Positions 1 to 10,330 of a stretch of DNA of 64,000 nucleotides are shown here, piece by piece. Within the stretch, counting starts at the first letter, position 1; the number at the start of each line of letters is the position of its first letter. This DNA is from an uncultured Actinomycetota bacterium. GTDB taxonomy: Bacteria; Actinomycetota; Actinomycetes; Mycobacteriales; Pseudonocardiaceae. Both the position numbers and the translations under genes were made by a program. Location of the stretch: contig CAVRHG010000001.1 in NCBI GenBank assembly GCA_963720845.1, forward strand, positions 14,487 through 78,486. The letters run 5' to 3'. Below the pieces are notes generated by a model, which ran no database searches, had not been told where the DNA came from, and was given only the letters and a program-made list of their open reading frames with translations.

Positions 1-151
1 GTCGTCTGACCGCAGCACCACAGAGGAACCCGACGAACCTGCCGCGCCATCGGGGCGCGGTCCGCCCCCGGAACCGGGCCGGGGCCCGGCCGCTGCTGCG
101 GCCGGGACGGTCGTCGGGAGTACCCGGCACACGACAGGAGCACCCCGCCGC

Positions 152-532
152 ATGGCACGTCTCGCCGGCGTCGACCTCCCCCGCGACAAGCGGATGGAGG
201 TCGCGCTCACCTACATCTACGGGATCGGACGCACCCGGTCGAAGGAGATCCTCAACGCCACGGGGATCGGCTACGACCTGCGGACGAAAGACCTCACCGA
301 CGAAGACCTCGTCGCACTGCGCGAGTACATCGAGACCAACTTCCGGGTCGAGGGCGACCTGCGCCGTGAGGTGCAGGCCGACATTCGCCGGAAGATCGAG
401 ATCGGCTGCTACCAGGGGATCCGGCATCGCCGGGGCCTGCCGGTGCGCGGCCAGCGGACCAAGACCAACGCCCGCAGCCGCAAGGGTCCGAAGAAGACCG
501 TCGCCGGCAAGAAGAAGGCAGGTAAGAAGTAA
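152..532 (+). CDS. rpsM: 30S ribosomal protein S13
   Basis: [14 protein letters not shown]...[14 protein letters not shown]; AGGAG SD upstream; alpha operon order. Confidence 0.99.
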   Translation: MARLAGVDLPRDKRMEVALTYIYGIGRTRSKEILNATGIGYDLRTKDLTDEDLVALREYIETNFRVEGDLRREVQADIRRKIEIGCYQGIRHRRGLPVRGQRTKTNARSRKGPKKTVAGKKKAGKK

Positions 533-939
533 TGCCGCCCCGCAGCCGTACGGCGGCCGGACCGAAGAAGGTCCGCCGCAAGGAGAAGAAGAACGTCGCG
601 CACGGCCATGCGCATATCAAGAGCACCTTCAACAACACCATCGTGTCCATCACGGACCCGACCGGTGCGGTGATCGCATGGGCCTCGGCGGGCCACGTCG
701 GGTTCAAGGGCTCGCGCAAGTCGACGCCGTTCGCCGCGCAGATGGCCGCCGAGAGTGCCGCCCGCAAGGCCGCCGAGCACGGCATGAAGAAGGTCGACGT
801 GTTCGTCAAGGGTCCCGGCTCCGGGCGGGAGACCGCAATCCGGTCCCTGCAGGCCGCCGGCCTCGAGGTGGGCACCATTTCCGACGTCACCCCGCAGCCG
901 CACAACGGCTGCCGCCCGCCCAAGCGGCGCCGGGTCTAG
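532..939 (+). CDS. rpsK: 30S ribosomal protein S11
   Basis: [37 protein letters not shown]. Confidence 0.99.
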   Translation: MPPRSRTAAGPKKVRRKEKKNVAHGHAHIKSTFNNTIVSITDPTGAVIAWASAGHVGFKGSRKSTPFAAQMAAESAARKAAEHGMKKVDVFVKGPGSGRETAIRSLQAAGLEVGTISDVTPQPHNGCRPPKRRRV

Positions 940-958
940 GGGAGAGGAGCAACCAGAC

Positions 959-1564
959 ATGGCTCGCTACACCGGCCCCATGACCCGCAAGTCCCGCCGG
1001 CTCAAGGTCGACCTCGTCGGCGGCGACCAGGCGTTCGAGCGTCGCCCGTACCCGCCCGGCCAGCACGGCCGAATCCGCATCAAGGAGACCGAGTACCTCC
1101 TGCAGATGCAGGAGAAGCAGAAGGCCCGCTTCGGGTACGGCGTGTTGGAGCGTCAGTTCCGCCGCTACTACGAGGAGGCCAACCGTCGCCAGGGCAAGAC
1201 CGGCGACAACCTGCTGCAGATCCTCGAGTCGCGCCTGGACAACGTCGTGTACCGCGCGGGCCTCGCCCGCACCCGGCGCATGGCCCGTCAGCTCGTGAAC
1301 CACGGCCACTTCATGGTGAACGGCAAGAAGGTGAACATCCCCAGCTACCGCGTCTCGCAGTGGGACGTCATCGACGTGAGGCCGAAGTCGCTGGCGACGG
1401 ATCCGTTCATCATCGCCAAGGAACTGGTCGGCGACCGGCCGATCCCGGCCTGGCTGCAGGTCGTACCCAGCAGCCTGCGCATCCTCGTGCACCAGCTCCC
1501 GGAGCGGGCGCAGATCGACACGCAGGTCACCGAGCAGCTGATCGTCGAGCTCTACTCCAAGTAG
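959..1564 (+). CDS. rpsD: 30S ribosomal protein S4
   Basis: [32 protein letters not shown]. Confidence 0.99.
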   Translation: MARYTGPMTRKSRRLKVDLVGGDQAFERRPYPPGQHGRIRIKETEYLLQMQEKQKARFGYGVLERQFRRYYEEANRRQGKTGDNLLQILESRLDNVVYRAGLARTRRMARQLVNHGHFMVNGKKVNIPSYRVSQWDVIDVRPKSLATDPFIIAKELVGDRPIPAWLQVVPSSLRILVHQLPERAQIDTQVTEQLIVELYSK

Positions 1565-1667
1565 CACTCTTGCAGTGAGAGCTCGGTCCCCCCGCCCTGC
1601 AGTGGGGCGGGGGGCTCACTGCGGCATCAAATGGTGGTTGCCGCAGCAAACCGAAGGAGAACCATCC

Positions 1668-2714
1668 GTGCTGATCTCACAGCGCCCAGCTCTGAACGAG
1701 GACTCCGTCGCCGACACCCGGTCGCGGTTCGTCATCGAGCCCCTCGAGCCGGGCTTCGGCTACACGCTGGGCAACTCGCTCCGGCGCACCCTCCTGTCGT
1801 CCATCCCCGGCGCGGCCGTGACCAGCATCCGCATCGACGGCGTGCTGCACGAGTTCACCACCGTCCCGGGTGTCAAGGAGGACGTCACCGACATCATCCT
1901 CAATCTCAAGGAGCTCGTCGTGAGCTCCGAGGAGGACGAGCCGGTGACCATGTACCTGCGCAAGCAGGGCCCCGGCCCGGTGACGGCAGGCGACATCGTG
2001 CCGCCCGCGGGCGTCACCGTGCACAACCCGGACCTGCACATCGCCACCCTGAACGACAAGGGCCGCCTCGAGGTCGAGCTCGTCGTCGAGCGGGGCCGCG
2101 GTTACGTGCCGGCACAGCAGAACAAGGCCACCGGCGCCGAGATCGGCCGCATCCCGGTCGACTCGATCTACTCGCCGGTGCTGAAGGTGACCTACAAGGT
2201 CGAGGCCACCCGCGTCGAGCAGCGCACCGACTTCGACCGGCTCGTGCTGGACGTCGAGACCAAGCCGTCGATCACCCCGCGGGACGCGCTGGCCTCGGCC
2301 GGCAAGACCCTCGTGGAACTGTTCGGCCTGGCTCGCGAGCTGAACGTCGACGCAGAGGGTATCGAGATCGGCCCGTCGCCGCAGGAGGCCGACACCATCG
2401 CCGCCTTCGCGATGCCGATCGAGGAGCTGGATCTCACCGTCCGTTCCTACAACTGCCTCAAGCGCGAGGGCATCCACACCGTCGGCGAGCTGGTTGGCCG
2501 CAGCGAGGCCGACCTGCTCGACATCCGCAACTTCGGTGCGAAGTCGATCGACGAGGTCAAGATGAAGCTCGTCGGGCTCGGCCTCGCGCTCAAGGACAGC
2601 CCGCCCGGGTTCGACCCGACCGTGGCGGCCACGGACTACACCACGGACACGTTCGACCCGGACCAGCCGTTCGGTGACGACGGCCAGGACTACGCAGAAA
2701 CGGAGCAGCTGTAG
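1668..2714 (+). CDS. rpoA: RNA polymerase alpha subunit
   Basis: GTG start after AAGGAG; [31 protein letters not shown]. Confidence 0.98.
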   Translation: MLISQRPALNEDSVADTRSRFVIEPLEPGFGYTLGNSLRRTLLSSIPGAAVTSIRIDGVLHEFTTVPGVKEDVTDIILNLKELVVSSEEDEPVTMYLRKQGPGPVTAGDIVPPAGVTVHNPDLHIATLNDKGRLEVELVVERGRGYVPAQQNKATGAEIGRIPVDSIYSPVLKVTYKVEATRVEQRTDFDRLVLDVETKPSITPRDALASAGKTLVELFGLARELNVDAEGIEIGPSPQEADTIAAFAMPIEELDLTVRSYNCLKREGIHTVGELVGRSEADLLDIRNFGAKSIDEVKMKLVGLGLALKDSPPGFDPTVAATDYTTDTFDPDQPFGDDGQDYAETEQL

Positions 2715-2716
2715 CG

Positions 2717-3550
2717 ATGCCTCAGCCCACCAAGGGCGCCCGCCTCGGCGGCTCGCCCGCGCACCAGCGGCTGATCCTGGCCAACCTGGCAACTTCGCTG
2801 TTCCAGCACGGCAAGATCACCACGACCGAGGCCAAGGCGAAGCGGCTCCGTCCGTACGCCGAGCGCCTGATCACCAAGGCCAAGCGCGGCGACCTGCACA
2901 ACCGCCGCGAGATCCAGAAGGTGATCCGGGACCGGGAGACCGTGCACCGGCTGATGCACGAGATCGGCCCGTTCTTCGCCGACCGCAACGGCGGCTACAC
3001 GCGTATCACCAAGACGCTGCCGCGCCAGGGCGACAACGCCCCCATGGCCGTGATCGAGCTGGTGGCGCAGAAGACCGTCACGGACGAGGCGGACCGGGCC
3101 CGGCGTGTTGCCGGGTCCCAGCGCCGCCAGCCGGCCGCCGCGACGGCCCCGGCTGCCGAGGAGGCGGCTCCGGCTGCCGAGGAGGCGGCCCCGGCCGTCG
3201 AGGAGGCGGGCCCGACCGCCGGGGAGAACGCCGTCGACGAGGCCGAGGGCGCGTCGGCGACCGCGGCCGAGACGGCGGCCGATGCCTCTGATTCAGATGG
3301 CCCGGTTGCCGAGGCACGGGCCGAGGAGAGCACCTCGACCGCGGACGCGCCGTACGGCGAGGGCAGCCACGCCCCGCTGGCCGACCCGTCCGAGGCGCCC
3401 GAGGGCTTCCCGATCAAGGGCAACGAGGACTCGAAGATCTACCACGTCCCCGAGTCGCCGCACTACGGGCGGACCGTGGCCGAGGTCTGGTTCGCGACGC
3501 CGCAGGCCGCCGAGGCCGCCGGGTTCGAGCCGCCCGCACCGCGGTCCTGA
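2717..3550 (+). CDS. rplQ: 50S ribosomal protein L17 with acidic linker and extra C-terminal domain
   Basis: [13 protein letters not shown]...ITTTEAKAK...GGYTRI; C-terminal [14 protein letters not shown]...AEAAGF. Confidence 0.97.
   Translation: MPQPTKGARLGGSPAHQRLILANLATSLFQHGKITTTEAKAKRLRPYAERLITKAKRGDLHNRREIQKVIRDRETVHRLMHEIGPFFADRNGGYTRITKTLPRQGDNAPMAVIELVAQKTVTDEADRARRVAGSQRRQPAAATAPAAEEAAPAAEEAAPAVEEAGPTAGENAVDEAEGASATAAETAADASDSDGPVAEARAEESTSTADAPYGEGSHAPLADPSEAPEGFPIKGNEDSKIYHVPESPHYGRTVAEVWFATPQAAEAAGFEPPAPRS
3146..3208 (+). repeat. 21-bp tandem repeat x3 (APAAEEA) in the rplQ linker
   Basis: gccccggctgccgaggaggcg-like unit repeated three times. Confidence 0.8.
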
Positions 3551-3561
3551 ACCATCCGCAC

Positions 3562-4506
3562 GTGAACGAGCCCGCCGTCCCCCCAACGCATGTCCGAGAG
3601 GCCGACGCCGCCAGGCGGGGGCTTCTCGGTGGGGTAGGGGACGGCGGGCTCGTCGCCCTTCCGGCCGCGTTCCCCGGGGCCCCCAGGCCCGAGCCACGCC
3701 GGACCGCTCGGTTTCGGCTCGACATCGCCTACGACGGCACCGACTTCTCCGGCTGGGCCGCCCAGCCGGGGCGGCGCACCGTGGCCGGGGTGCTCACGGA
3801 CGCGCTGGCCGTGGTCCTGCGGATGCCCGTCGCGCTGACGGTGGCCGGGCGGACCGACGCCGGGGTGCACGCCACCGGACAGGTCGCCTCCGCGGATCTG
3901 CCCGCAGACCTCGACCCGGCATGGGCCGTGCGCCGGTTGGCCCGGCTGCTGCCCGCCGACGTGCGGGTCACGGCCGTCACGCCCGTGCCGGTGGAGTTCG
4001 ACGCCCGGTTCGCGGCGCTGTGCCGTCACTACCGCTACCGGATCGCCACCGCACCCTGGGGCGCGGACCCGCTGCGTGCCCGCGACACGCTGGCCTGGCC
4101 GCATCCGCTGGATCTCGACGCCGTCACCGCCGCCTCCGCACGGCTGCTCGGCGAGCACGACTTCGCCGCGTTCTGCAAGCGCCGGGAGGGTGCGACGACG
4201 GTGCGGGCGCTGCAGCGCCTGGAGTGGACCCGCGGGCCGGACGGGGTCGTCGAGGTCGCCGTGTCGGCCGACGCCTTCTGTCACTCGATGGTGCGCAGTC
4301 TCGTCGGGGCGCTGCTCGACGTCGGCCGCGGCCGACGTGCCGTCGAGTGGCCTGCAGCCCTGCTCGGGCGCGCCGAGCGCGCGTCGGACGTCGGGGTGGC
4401 GCCCGCCCACGGACTGACCCTCGTCGGCGTCGACTACCCGCAGGACCATGAGCTGGCCCCCCGGGCAGGGGTGACCCGCCGGCTGCGGGTGCCCGGCAGC
4501 ACGTAG
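3562..4506 (+). CDS. truA: tRNA pseudouridine(38-40) synthase
   Basis: [29 protein letters not shown]; start uncertain. Confidence 0.95.
   Translation: MNEPAVPPTHVREADAARRGLLGGVGDGGLVALPAAFPGAPRPEPRRTARFRLDIAYDGTDFSGWAAQPGRRTVAGVLTDALAVVLRMPVALTVAGRTDAGVHATGQVASADLPADLDPAWAVRRLARLLPADVRVTAVTPVPVEFDARFAALCRHYRYRIATAPWGADPLRARDTLAWPHPLDLDAVTAASARLLGEHDFAAFCKRREGATTVRALQRLEWTRGPDGVVEVAVSADAFCHSMVRSLVGALLDVGRGRRAVEWPAALLGRAERASDVGVAPAHGLTLVGVDYPQDHELAPRAGVTRRLRVPGST
3566..3654 (+). terminator. Long inverted repeat after rplQ, overlapping the truA 5' end
   Basis: acgagcccgccgtcccc ... ggggacggcgggctcgt arms with a nested inner stem. Confidence 0.6.
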
Positions 4507-4528
4507 TAGCGGGCAGCACGTAGTAGCG
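4495..4528 (+). repeat. 17-bp tandem duplication spanning the truA stop
   Basis: ggcagcacgtagtagcg x2. Confidence 0.85.
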
Positions 4529-4597
4529 GGCTCGGAAACCCTGTTCGCAACGGCGGGTCGGTTGCCGGGATCGGCGCCGGCCCGCAGAGTGGCGGTC

Positions 4598-5053
4598 GTG
4601 CCGGACACCGACCTCACCGCGCTGCTCGACGTCGCCCTCGACGAGGCCCGCACCGGGCACGCGGAGGGCGGCATCCCGATCGGGGCCGCCCTGTTCGCCG
4701 CCGACGGAACGCTCCTGGGCCGTGGCCACAACCGGCGTGTCCAGGACGGCGACCCGTCGATGCACGCCGAGACGGCCGCCTTCCGCGCGGCCGGGCGGCA
4801 ACGCGACTACCGCAAGACCGTCATGGTGACGACCCTGTCGCCCTGCTGGTACTGCAGCGGGCTGGTGCGGCAGTTCGGCATCGGTGCCCTGGTGATCGGG
4901 GAGTCGCGCACGTTCACGGGCGGTCACGACTGGCTGGCCGAGCACGGGGTCGAGGTCACGCTGCTCGACGACGAGCGCTGCGTCGCGCTGATGGAGGACT
5001 TCATCGCAGCCCGGCCGGAGCTGTGGCACGAGGACATCGGAGAGGCGCCCTGA
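4598..5053 (+). CDS. Zn-dependent nucleoside/cytosine deaminase (yeast FCY1-like)
   Basis: HAE and SPCWYC zinc motifs, GRGHNRRVQ. Confidence 0.9.
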   Translation: MPDTDLTALLDVALDEARTGHAEGGIPIGAALFAADGTLLGRGHNRRVQDGDPSMHAETAAFRAAGRQRDYRKTVMVTTLSPCWYCSGLVRQFGIGALVIGESRTFTGGHDWLAEHGVEVTLLDDERCVALMEDFIAARPELWHEDIGEAP

Positions 5054-6072
5054 TGCGGCCGACCACGAACGGCCGCCGCGGCCCAGGTCGACACCGCGCT
5101 GCAGCGGGCCGGCTTCCTGCTGGTCACCGGGCACGGCGTCGACGCCGCCCTGCGGGCCGGCGTGCGGGCGGCGGCGCGGCGGTTCTTCGCCCTGCCCGAC
5201 GAGGTCAAGCAGCGGTACGCGGTGCGCATCGGCGGGCGCGGCTGGCTGGCCCCGGGCGTCGAGGCGAACGCGCTCGTCGAGGGCATGGAGACCCCGCCGG
5301 ACCTCAAGGAGTCGTTCGCTGTCGGGCCGGACACGCCGACCGGGGACGCAGCCGTGGACGCGGTGTGGTTCCCGCCGAACGTCTGGCCGGACGAGGTACC
5401 GGAGCTGCGTGCGGTCGTGACCCGCTACACCTCGGCGATGCGCCGCGTCGCGGACGACCTGCTCGAGCTCTGCGCGACCGCGCTGGGCCTCCCGGTCGCC
5501 ACGTTGACGTCGCCGGCCACGAATCCGACGTGGACGTTCAACGTCAACCGCTACCCACCGTTGACGGAGGTCGGGCAGCCGCCGACGGCCAGTACCGGAT
5601 CGGGCCGCACACCGACTTCGGCACGTTCACCGTGCTGGACCGGGAGTTGGGGGCCGGCGGGCTGCAGGTGTTCGTCACCGCCCTGCAGGATTCCGGGCAA
5701 GATCACCCTGATGGGCCGGGCGTCTGGCAGGACGCCCCGTACGACCCGGACGCGCTGACGGTCAACATCGGCGACCTGCTCGCTCTTCGCACTCCCTCGC
5801 TGCGCCCGGTCGACGCTTCGCGAACGCGCTGTGACAGTGGTTCGCTCGCTCACTGGACCGGGCTGCGGTGGAGCTCGGGCCGCCATCGCATGCTGCCGCC
5901 GCAGGCCGCGCATCCCGACGAGGAGCTGATGTCGCTCGTGTTCTTCTACGAACTCGACCACGACGCCGTCGTCACCCCGCTGGCGCCGCCGGTGGGCCGG
6001 CGGGAGGGGCTCGAGCCGGTGGTGACCGCTCCGTTCATCCGCGAGCGCCTCGACGCGATCTCGGTGAGCTGA
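5053..6072 (+). pseudogene. Isopenicillin N synthase-family 2OG-Fe(II) oxygenase, disrupted
   Basis: AGFLLVTGHGV and DLKESF in one frame, HTDFG...VNIGDLL...HR in another (shift near 5580); N-terminus missing; 66-bp insertion. Confidence 0.85.
5778..5853 (-). mobile_element. MIRU-like interspersed element, intragenic copy
   Basis: Reverse complement gtgagcgagcgaaccactgtcacagcgcgttcgcgaagcgtcgaccgggcgcagcgagggagtgcg matches copies at 21481, 29229, 35552; GCTCGCTC direct repeats at 5778-5785 and 5844-5851. Confidence 0.85.
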
Positions 6073-6175
6073 CCCGACCCGACCACGGCGCAGCCGTCCG
6101 CCGACTGCGCCGGTTCCCGCGGGCGTTTTCCGAAACGACCTCGGGGGTCGCGCCCGCCCGGCTAGCGTGCCGGGC

Positions 6176-7567
6176 GTGGCTCCTCCCAGCCCGGCCACCC
6201 GCGACCAGATCGACGCCTTCCGCTTTGGTCTGCGCCGGTGGGAGGCCGCCCTGGTGCGGGGTGATCCGGTGCCGCTGCACGAGCAGGTCCGCGCGCAGCG
6301 CCGGGCCGTCGCGGCCGGGGTCGTCCTGGGTGTGCTCGGCCTCGCCGTGGCGCTGGTGTCGGCGGTCGTCGCGCCCCGTCCGGCGTGGCGGCTGCAGGAC
6401 CTGGTGGTCGGCACGCCGTCAGGCGCGCTGTACGTCGTCGCGCACGACCCGGACCGGCTGGTGCCCGTCGCGAACGCCGTCGCGGGCCGGCTCGTGCTCG
6501 CCGCGCTGCGGTCGGCGCCGGTGCTCACCGAGCCGGTGCTCGTCGACGACGGGACGCTCGCGGGGGCGCCGCGGACCGCGGCGGCCGCCCTCGCCGGGGC
6601 GGTGGGCGCGGATCCGCAGCGGCGCGTCGGGCCGCGCTGGGCGGTGTGCGACGAGGTCACCGCCGCCGGCCGGCTGCTTGGCACGACCGTGCTCGCCGGG
6701 GTCGCTGCGGGGTCGGAGGAGCCGGCCGGCGTCCTGCTCGCCGTGCCGGGCGGCGCGACGTGGCTGGTCACCGGCGGCCAACGGTACCGGGTCGACCTCG
6801 GCGACGCCGCGGTCCGGACCGCTCTCGGGCTCACCGGCCGCGTCCCCAGGCCCGCGTCCCCCGGCCTGGTCTCGGCCCTGCCCGAGGGGCCGCCGCTGGT
6901 CAGGCCGGTCGTGCCCGGCGCGGGCGCAGCCGGGCCGCGCGGCCTGCGCGCACCGGTCGGTGACGTGGTGTCGAGCCGTCCCGCGGGTGCGGCTCCGCGC
7001 TATCACGTGGTGCTCGACGGGGGCCTGCAGGAGGTCCCGCCGCTGGTGGCGGACGTGCTGGCCGCGGCGTCCGGGCACGCGGTGACCGGGATCGGCCCCG
7101 AGGTGGTCGCCGACCTTCCCCAGGCCCACCGGCTGGAGGTGGTCGGCTGGCCCGCCGTCGCGCCGCCGCTTCGGGAGCCGGCCGAGGCTCCCGTGACCTG
7201 CTGGACCTGGTCCGGCGAGCCGGGGGCGGACCCGGCGGGCGGCGTGCATCTGGGCCGGATGCCCGCGGCGGAGCCGACCGTCGTGCTCGCCGGAGCGGAC
7301 GGCGCAGGCGCGCGGGTGGACGCGGTCGCCGTGGGCGCCGGTGGAGCGGTCCGCGCGACCGCGCCGGGCGTTGCGGCCGGAGCGGGCACGGTGTGGCTCG
7401 TGTCGGCGAGCGGCGTGGCTCACGGGGTCGCGGACGAGCCGTCGGCGGCCGCACTCGGGATCACCGACCCCGCACCGGCCCCGGAGGCGGCGCTGCGGCT
7501 CCTGCCCACCGGCCCGGTGCTGGACGTCGGCGCCGCAACCGGGGCCGTGGACGTCCCGGCTCGATGA
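6176..7567 (+). CDS. eccB: Type VII secretion protein EccB
   Basis: ATRDQIDAFRFGLRRWEAALVRGD, single TM, WAVCD and VTCWTW cysteines; TAGCGT -10 suggests leaderless GTG. Confidence 0.9.
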   Translation: MAPPSPATRDQIDAFRFGLRRWEAALVRGDPVPLHEQVRAQRRAVAAGVVLGVLGLAVALVSAVVAPRPAWRLQDLVVGTPSGALYVVAHDPDRLVPVANAVAGRLVLAALRSAPVLTEPVLVDDGTLAGAPRTAAAALAGAVGADPQRRVGPRWAVCDEVTAAGRLLGTTVLAGVAAGSEEPAGVLLAVPGGATWLVTGGQRYRVDLGDAAVRTALGLTGRVPRPASPGLVSALPEGPPLVRPVVPGAGAAGPRGLRAPVGDVVSSRPAGAAPRYHVVLDGGLQEVPPLVADVLAAASGHAVTGIGPEVVADLPQAHRLEVVGWPAVAPPLREPAEAPVTCWTWSGEPGADPAGGVHLGRMPAAEPTVVLAGADGAGARVDAVAVGAGGAVRATAPGVAAGAGTVWLVSASGVAHGVADEPSAAALGITDPAPAPEAALRLLPTGPVLDVGAATGAVDVPAR

Positions 7568-7609
7568 CGAGCGGAACGGTCGGGGCCGAGGCCGCGCCGA
7601 CCGTGCCGC

Positions 7610-8770
7610 TCATCTGCGGGAGGCGGGCCGGGGACGCAGTGCGGCGGCCGCCGCGGCCGTGACCGCCAGCAGGACGGCGAGCGCCGTGAGCGGCCACCAG
7701 GCAGCCCGTCTCGCGGGTGCGGGTACGGCGAGCACCCCGGTCGCTCCGCTGCCGGGTACGCCGAGTGCCGCGGGTTCGACGGTCAGCGCGGCGACGGGGT
7801 CGACGACCCCGGAGCCGACCGCCTCGTCGCGCCCGGCGGCCGGGCGGCGGGCCGTCCCGGTGATGCGGTCCCCGACCTCGCGGGCGGTCAGGCCGGGACT
7901 GCGCTCGCGGATCAGCGCCGCGAGGCCGGCGACGAGCGGGGCGGCGAAGCTGGTGCCGTCCAGCAGCGGCCCGGTTCCCCCGTCCACGCTCAACGACCGC
8001 ACGCCCGTCCCGGGGGCGGCTACGTCGACCCACGGCCCCCGGACGGTGAACCGCGCGGGCCGGTCGTCCGGGCCGACCGCGCCCACGGTGAGCACGTCGT
8101 CCTCCCATCCGGGCAGCGACACCAGGTCCGGGCGGTCCGCGGCGCACCCGCCGCTGTCGACGTTGCCGGCCGCCGCCACGACCACGACGTCCGCGGCGGC
8201 CGCCGCCCGGAGCGCGGAGCGCAGCGGTGCGCCCTCGACGGCGGCCTGCTCGACGGGCAGGCACACCGCACCGGAGATGTTGACAACCGTGGCTCCGGCG
8301 CCGACGGCCTCCCGCAGCGCTGCCGCCAGCGAGCGCAGGTCACCCGCGGGGCGTCCGTCCGGTCCGGCGACCGTCGGGCTGAACTGGCGCAGCGCGAGGA
8401 TCCGGGCCCCAGGAGCGACCCCGGCCGAGCCGTCGCGCGGGTCCGGAGCCGCGCCGATCAGCCCGGCCACGGCGGTGCCGTGTCCGTCGCAGTCGTCGAG
8501 CCCGTCACCGCCCGCGAGCAGGTCGTCCAGCCCGACCAGCCGGCCGGCGAGCCGGGGATGCGGGGCCACCCCGGTGTCAATCACCGCGACGCGCTGACCG
8601 CGCCCGGTCGCCAGCGCGTGTACCGCGGGCAGACGCAAGCGCTCGGCCAGCGTGGGCTCGATGGGCCCGGCCGCCGCCGCCGGAGGGGTGCAGCGGACGG
8701 GTGGCGCAGTGGGCGCAGGGAACGGGGCGAGCAGCGCCAGCACCGCGACGACCGCGGTTCCCGCACTCAC
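7610..8770 (-). CDS. mycP: Mycosin, S8 serine protease of T7SS
   Basis: VAVIDTG, DCDGHGT, GTSFAAP triad; C-terminal TM; GTGA overlap with eccD stop. Confidence 0.93.
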   Translation of the reverse strand: MSAGTAVVAVLALLAPFPAPTAPPVRCTPPAAAAGPIEPTLAERLRLPAVHALATGRGQRVAVIDTGVAPHPRLAGRLVGLDDLLAGGDGLDDCDGHGTAVAGLIGAAPDPRDGSAGVAPGARILALRQFSPTVAGPDGRPAGDLRSLAAALREAVGAGATVVNISGAVCLPVEQAAVEGAPLRSALRAAAAADVVVVAAAGNVDSGGCAADRPDLVSLPGWEDDVLTVGAVGPDDRPARFTVRGPWVDVAAPGTGVRSLSVDGGTGPLLDGTSFAAPLVAGLAALIRERSPGLTAREVGDRITGTARRPAAGRDEAVGSGVVDPVAALTVEPAALGVPGSGATGVLAVPAPARRAAWWPLTALAVLLAVTAAAAAALRPRPASRR

Positions 8771-10155
8771 AGCTCGCGCGCCAGTGCGAACACACCCGCC
8801 GCCGCGAGGGCGAGCGGCACGACGGCCGCGGCGAGGACACCTTCGACCAGATCCACGGCCCGGCGGGCCACGGGCGAGCCGGTGGTCGTCGTCCGCGCCG
8901 TCGCGATCGTGATCCCCGCTGCGCCGAAAAGGACCAGCGCACCACCCAGCCGGCCGGCCGGACCGGCGGCGACCGCACCGAGACCGACCAGGACGGCTCC
9001 GGCCGCCGAGCCCGCCGACAGGTGGACCCGGGCGATCGCCGGATCGGCGAACCCGCGGGCACGCAGCACCAGCACCGCAGCGACGGCGGCGGCGAGCGCG
9101 GGGCCCGTCCAGCCCGCCCACCCGCCTGTGGCCGCGAGTGGCGCGGCGGTGGCGGCGACCACGGCGCAGCCGCCGGACAGGCCGGTGAGCTCGGCACGGG
9201 CCAGCCGGGCGCGGGTCGCGAGCTCGGCGGGGGGCAGCACGTCCGGACCGGTGTCCGCAGCGACCAGCCCAGGTGCGTCCGTGGCGACCACGGGCCGGGG
9301 CAGGCCGGACAACCGCAGCGTGAGGCGGGGCAGCAGCGGACCGGCGGAGAGCGTGGCGGCAGCGACGAGGGCAGCGAGCACGGGGACGGTGAGGTCGAAC
9401 TGCAGGCGGGCGACCGCCGCCGCAGCGGTCAGCACGGCGGCCACGACGGCGCCGACGAGCGCGGGGACCACCGTCCCGGCGGCGACCTGGGCGAGCGCGG
9501 CCGCGGCGCCGGCCGCCACCGCAGCCGCCAGCAGTGGGGCGGGGCCCGGTGGGCCGGGCAGGGCGGCCCAGCCGGCTGCGGTCGCGAGCGGTACCGCGCA
9601 CAGGGCGGGAACGAGTGCCCCGGGCGTCGGGGGATCGCCGCCCGGCGCGTTCGCCCGCCGGTGGAGCATCGCCGTCCAGGCGATCGCCGCCACCGCTGCG
9701 GCCCCACTGAGCGCAGCGGCCGCCCAGGCGTAGCCGGTGGGTCCCGCGCCGGCCAGGAGCAGGGCGCCGATCGGGACGGCGACGGCCGGCACGATCACGG
9801 GCACGCGTAGCCGACCCGGTCGACCGGCGTCGACAGGGGGTGCGGTGAGAGCCGCCAGTGCGTCGACGGGATCGTCGAACACCGGGGGTGGCGGAGGCGG
9901 GGCTGCCGGGCCGAGGCGCAGCAGCTCGCCGTCGACGACGCCGAGGTCGTCCAGCGTCGCGTTCGACGCCAGCGCGCCGCCGATCGGGCCCGTAAGGCGC
10001 CACGGCACCGGCCGAGCGGGGTCGCCCTGCTCGCCGAGCAGCTCCATCAGCATCGGAACCAGGTCGGCGACCGGAACGTCGACCGGCAGGGCGATGTCGG
10101 CGTGGTTGCCGGGGGTGAGCACGGTCAGCCGGCAGTAGACGAGCGGGGCGCGCAC
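8767..10155 (-). CDS. eccD: Type VII secretion integral membrane protein EccD
   Basis: N-terminal YukD-like domain (DIALPVDVPVADL...TLDDLGVVDGELL), many TM helices; GGAGG SD. Confidence 0.92.
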   Translation of the reverse strand: MRAPLVYCRLTVLTPGNHADIALPVDVPVADLVPMLMELLGEQGDPARPVPWRLTGPIGGALASNATLDDLGVVDGELLRLGPAAPPPPPPVFDDPVDALAALTAPPVDAGRPGRLRVPVIVPAVAVPIGALLLAGAGPTGYAWAAAALSGAAAVAAIAWTAMLHRRANAPGGDPPTPGALVPALCAVPLATAAGWAALPGPPGPAPLLAAAVAAGAAAALAQVAAGTVVPALVGAVVAAVLTAAAAVARLQFDLTVPVLAALVAAATLSAGPLLPRLTLRLSGLPRPVVATDAPGLVAADTGPDVLPPAELATRARLARAELTGLSGGCAVVAATAAPLAATGGWAGWTGPALAAAVAAVLVLRARGFADPAIARVHLSAGSAAGAVLVGLGAVAAGPAGRLGGALVLFGAAGITIATARTTTTGSPVARRAVDLVEGVLAAAVVPLALAAAGVFALAREL

Positions 10156-10330
10156 GGAACCTCCTGAGCGGGTGATGACCCGGGCCGTCACCGGTTCTGC
10201 GGAACGGCCACGAACTGTCGGTGCGGCTGCCTACTATCGCCGCGCTGCGGTCCCTCGCGGGGCGGTTTCGCAGAAGTCGCAGGCACGGCCCGGCCCGGTA
10301 TCGGGCCCGCACCGAAGGAACGGAGGCGCG

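Noticed and set aside
5565-5600. Programmed frameshift in the oxygenase
   Set aside because: No slippery heptamer, and the gene has other lesions; decay is simpler.
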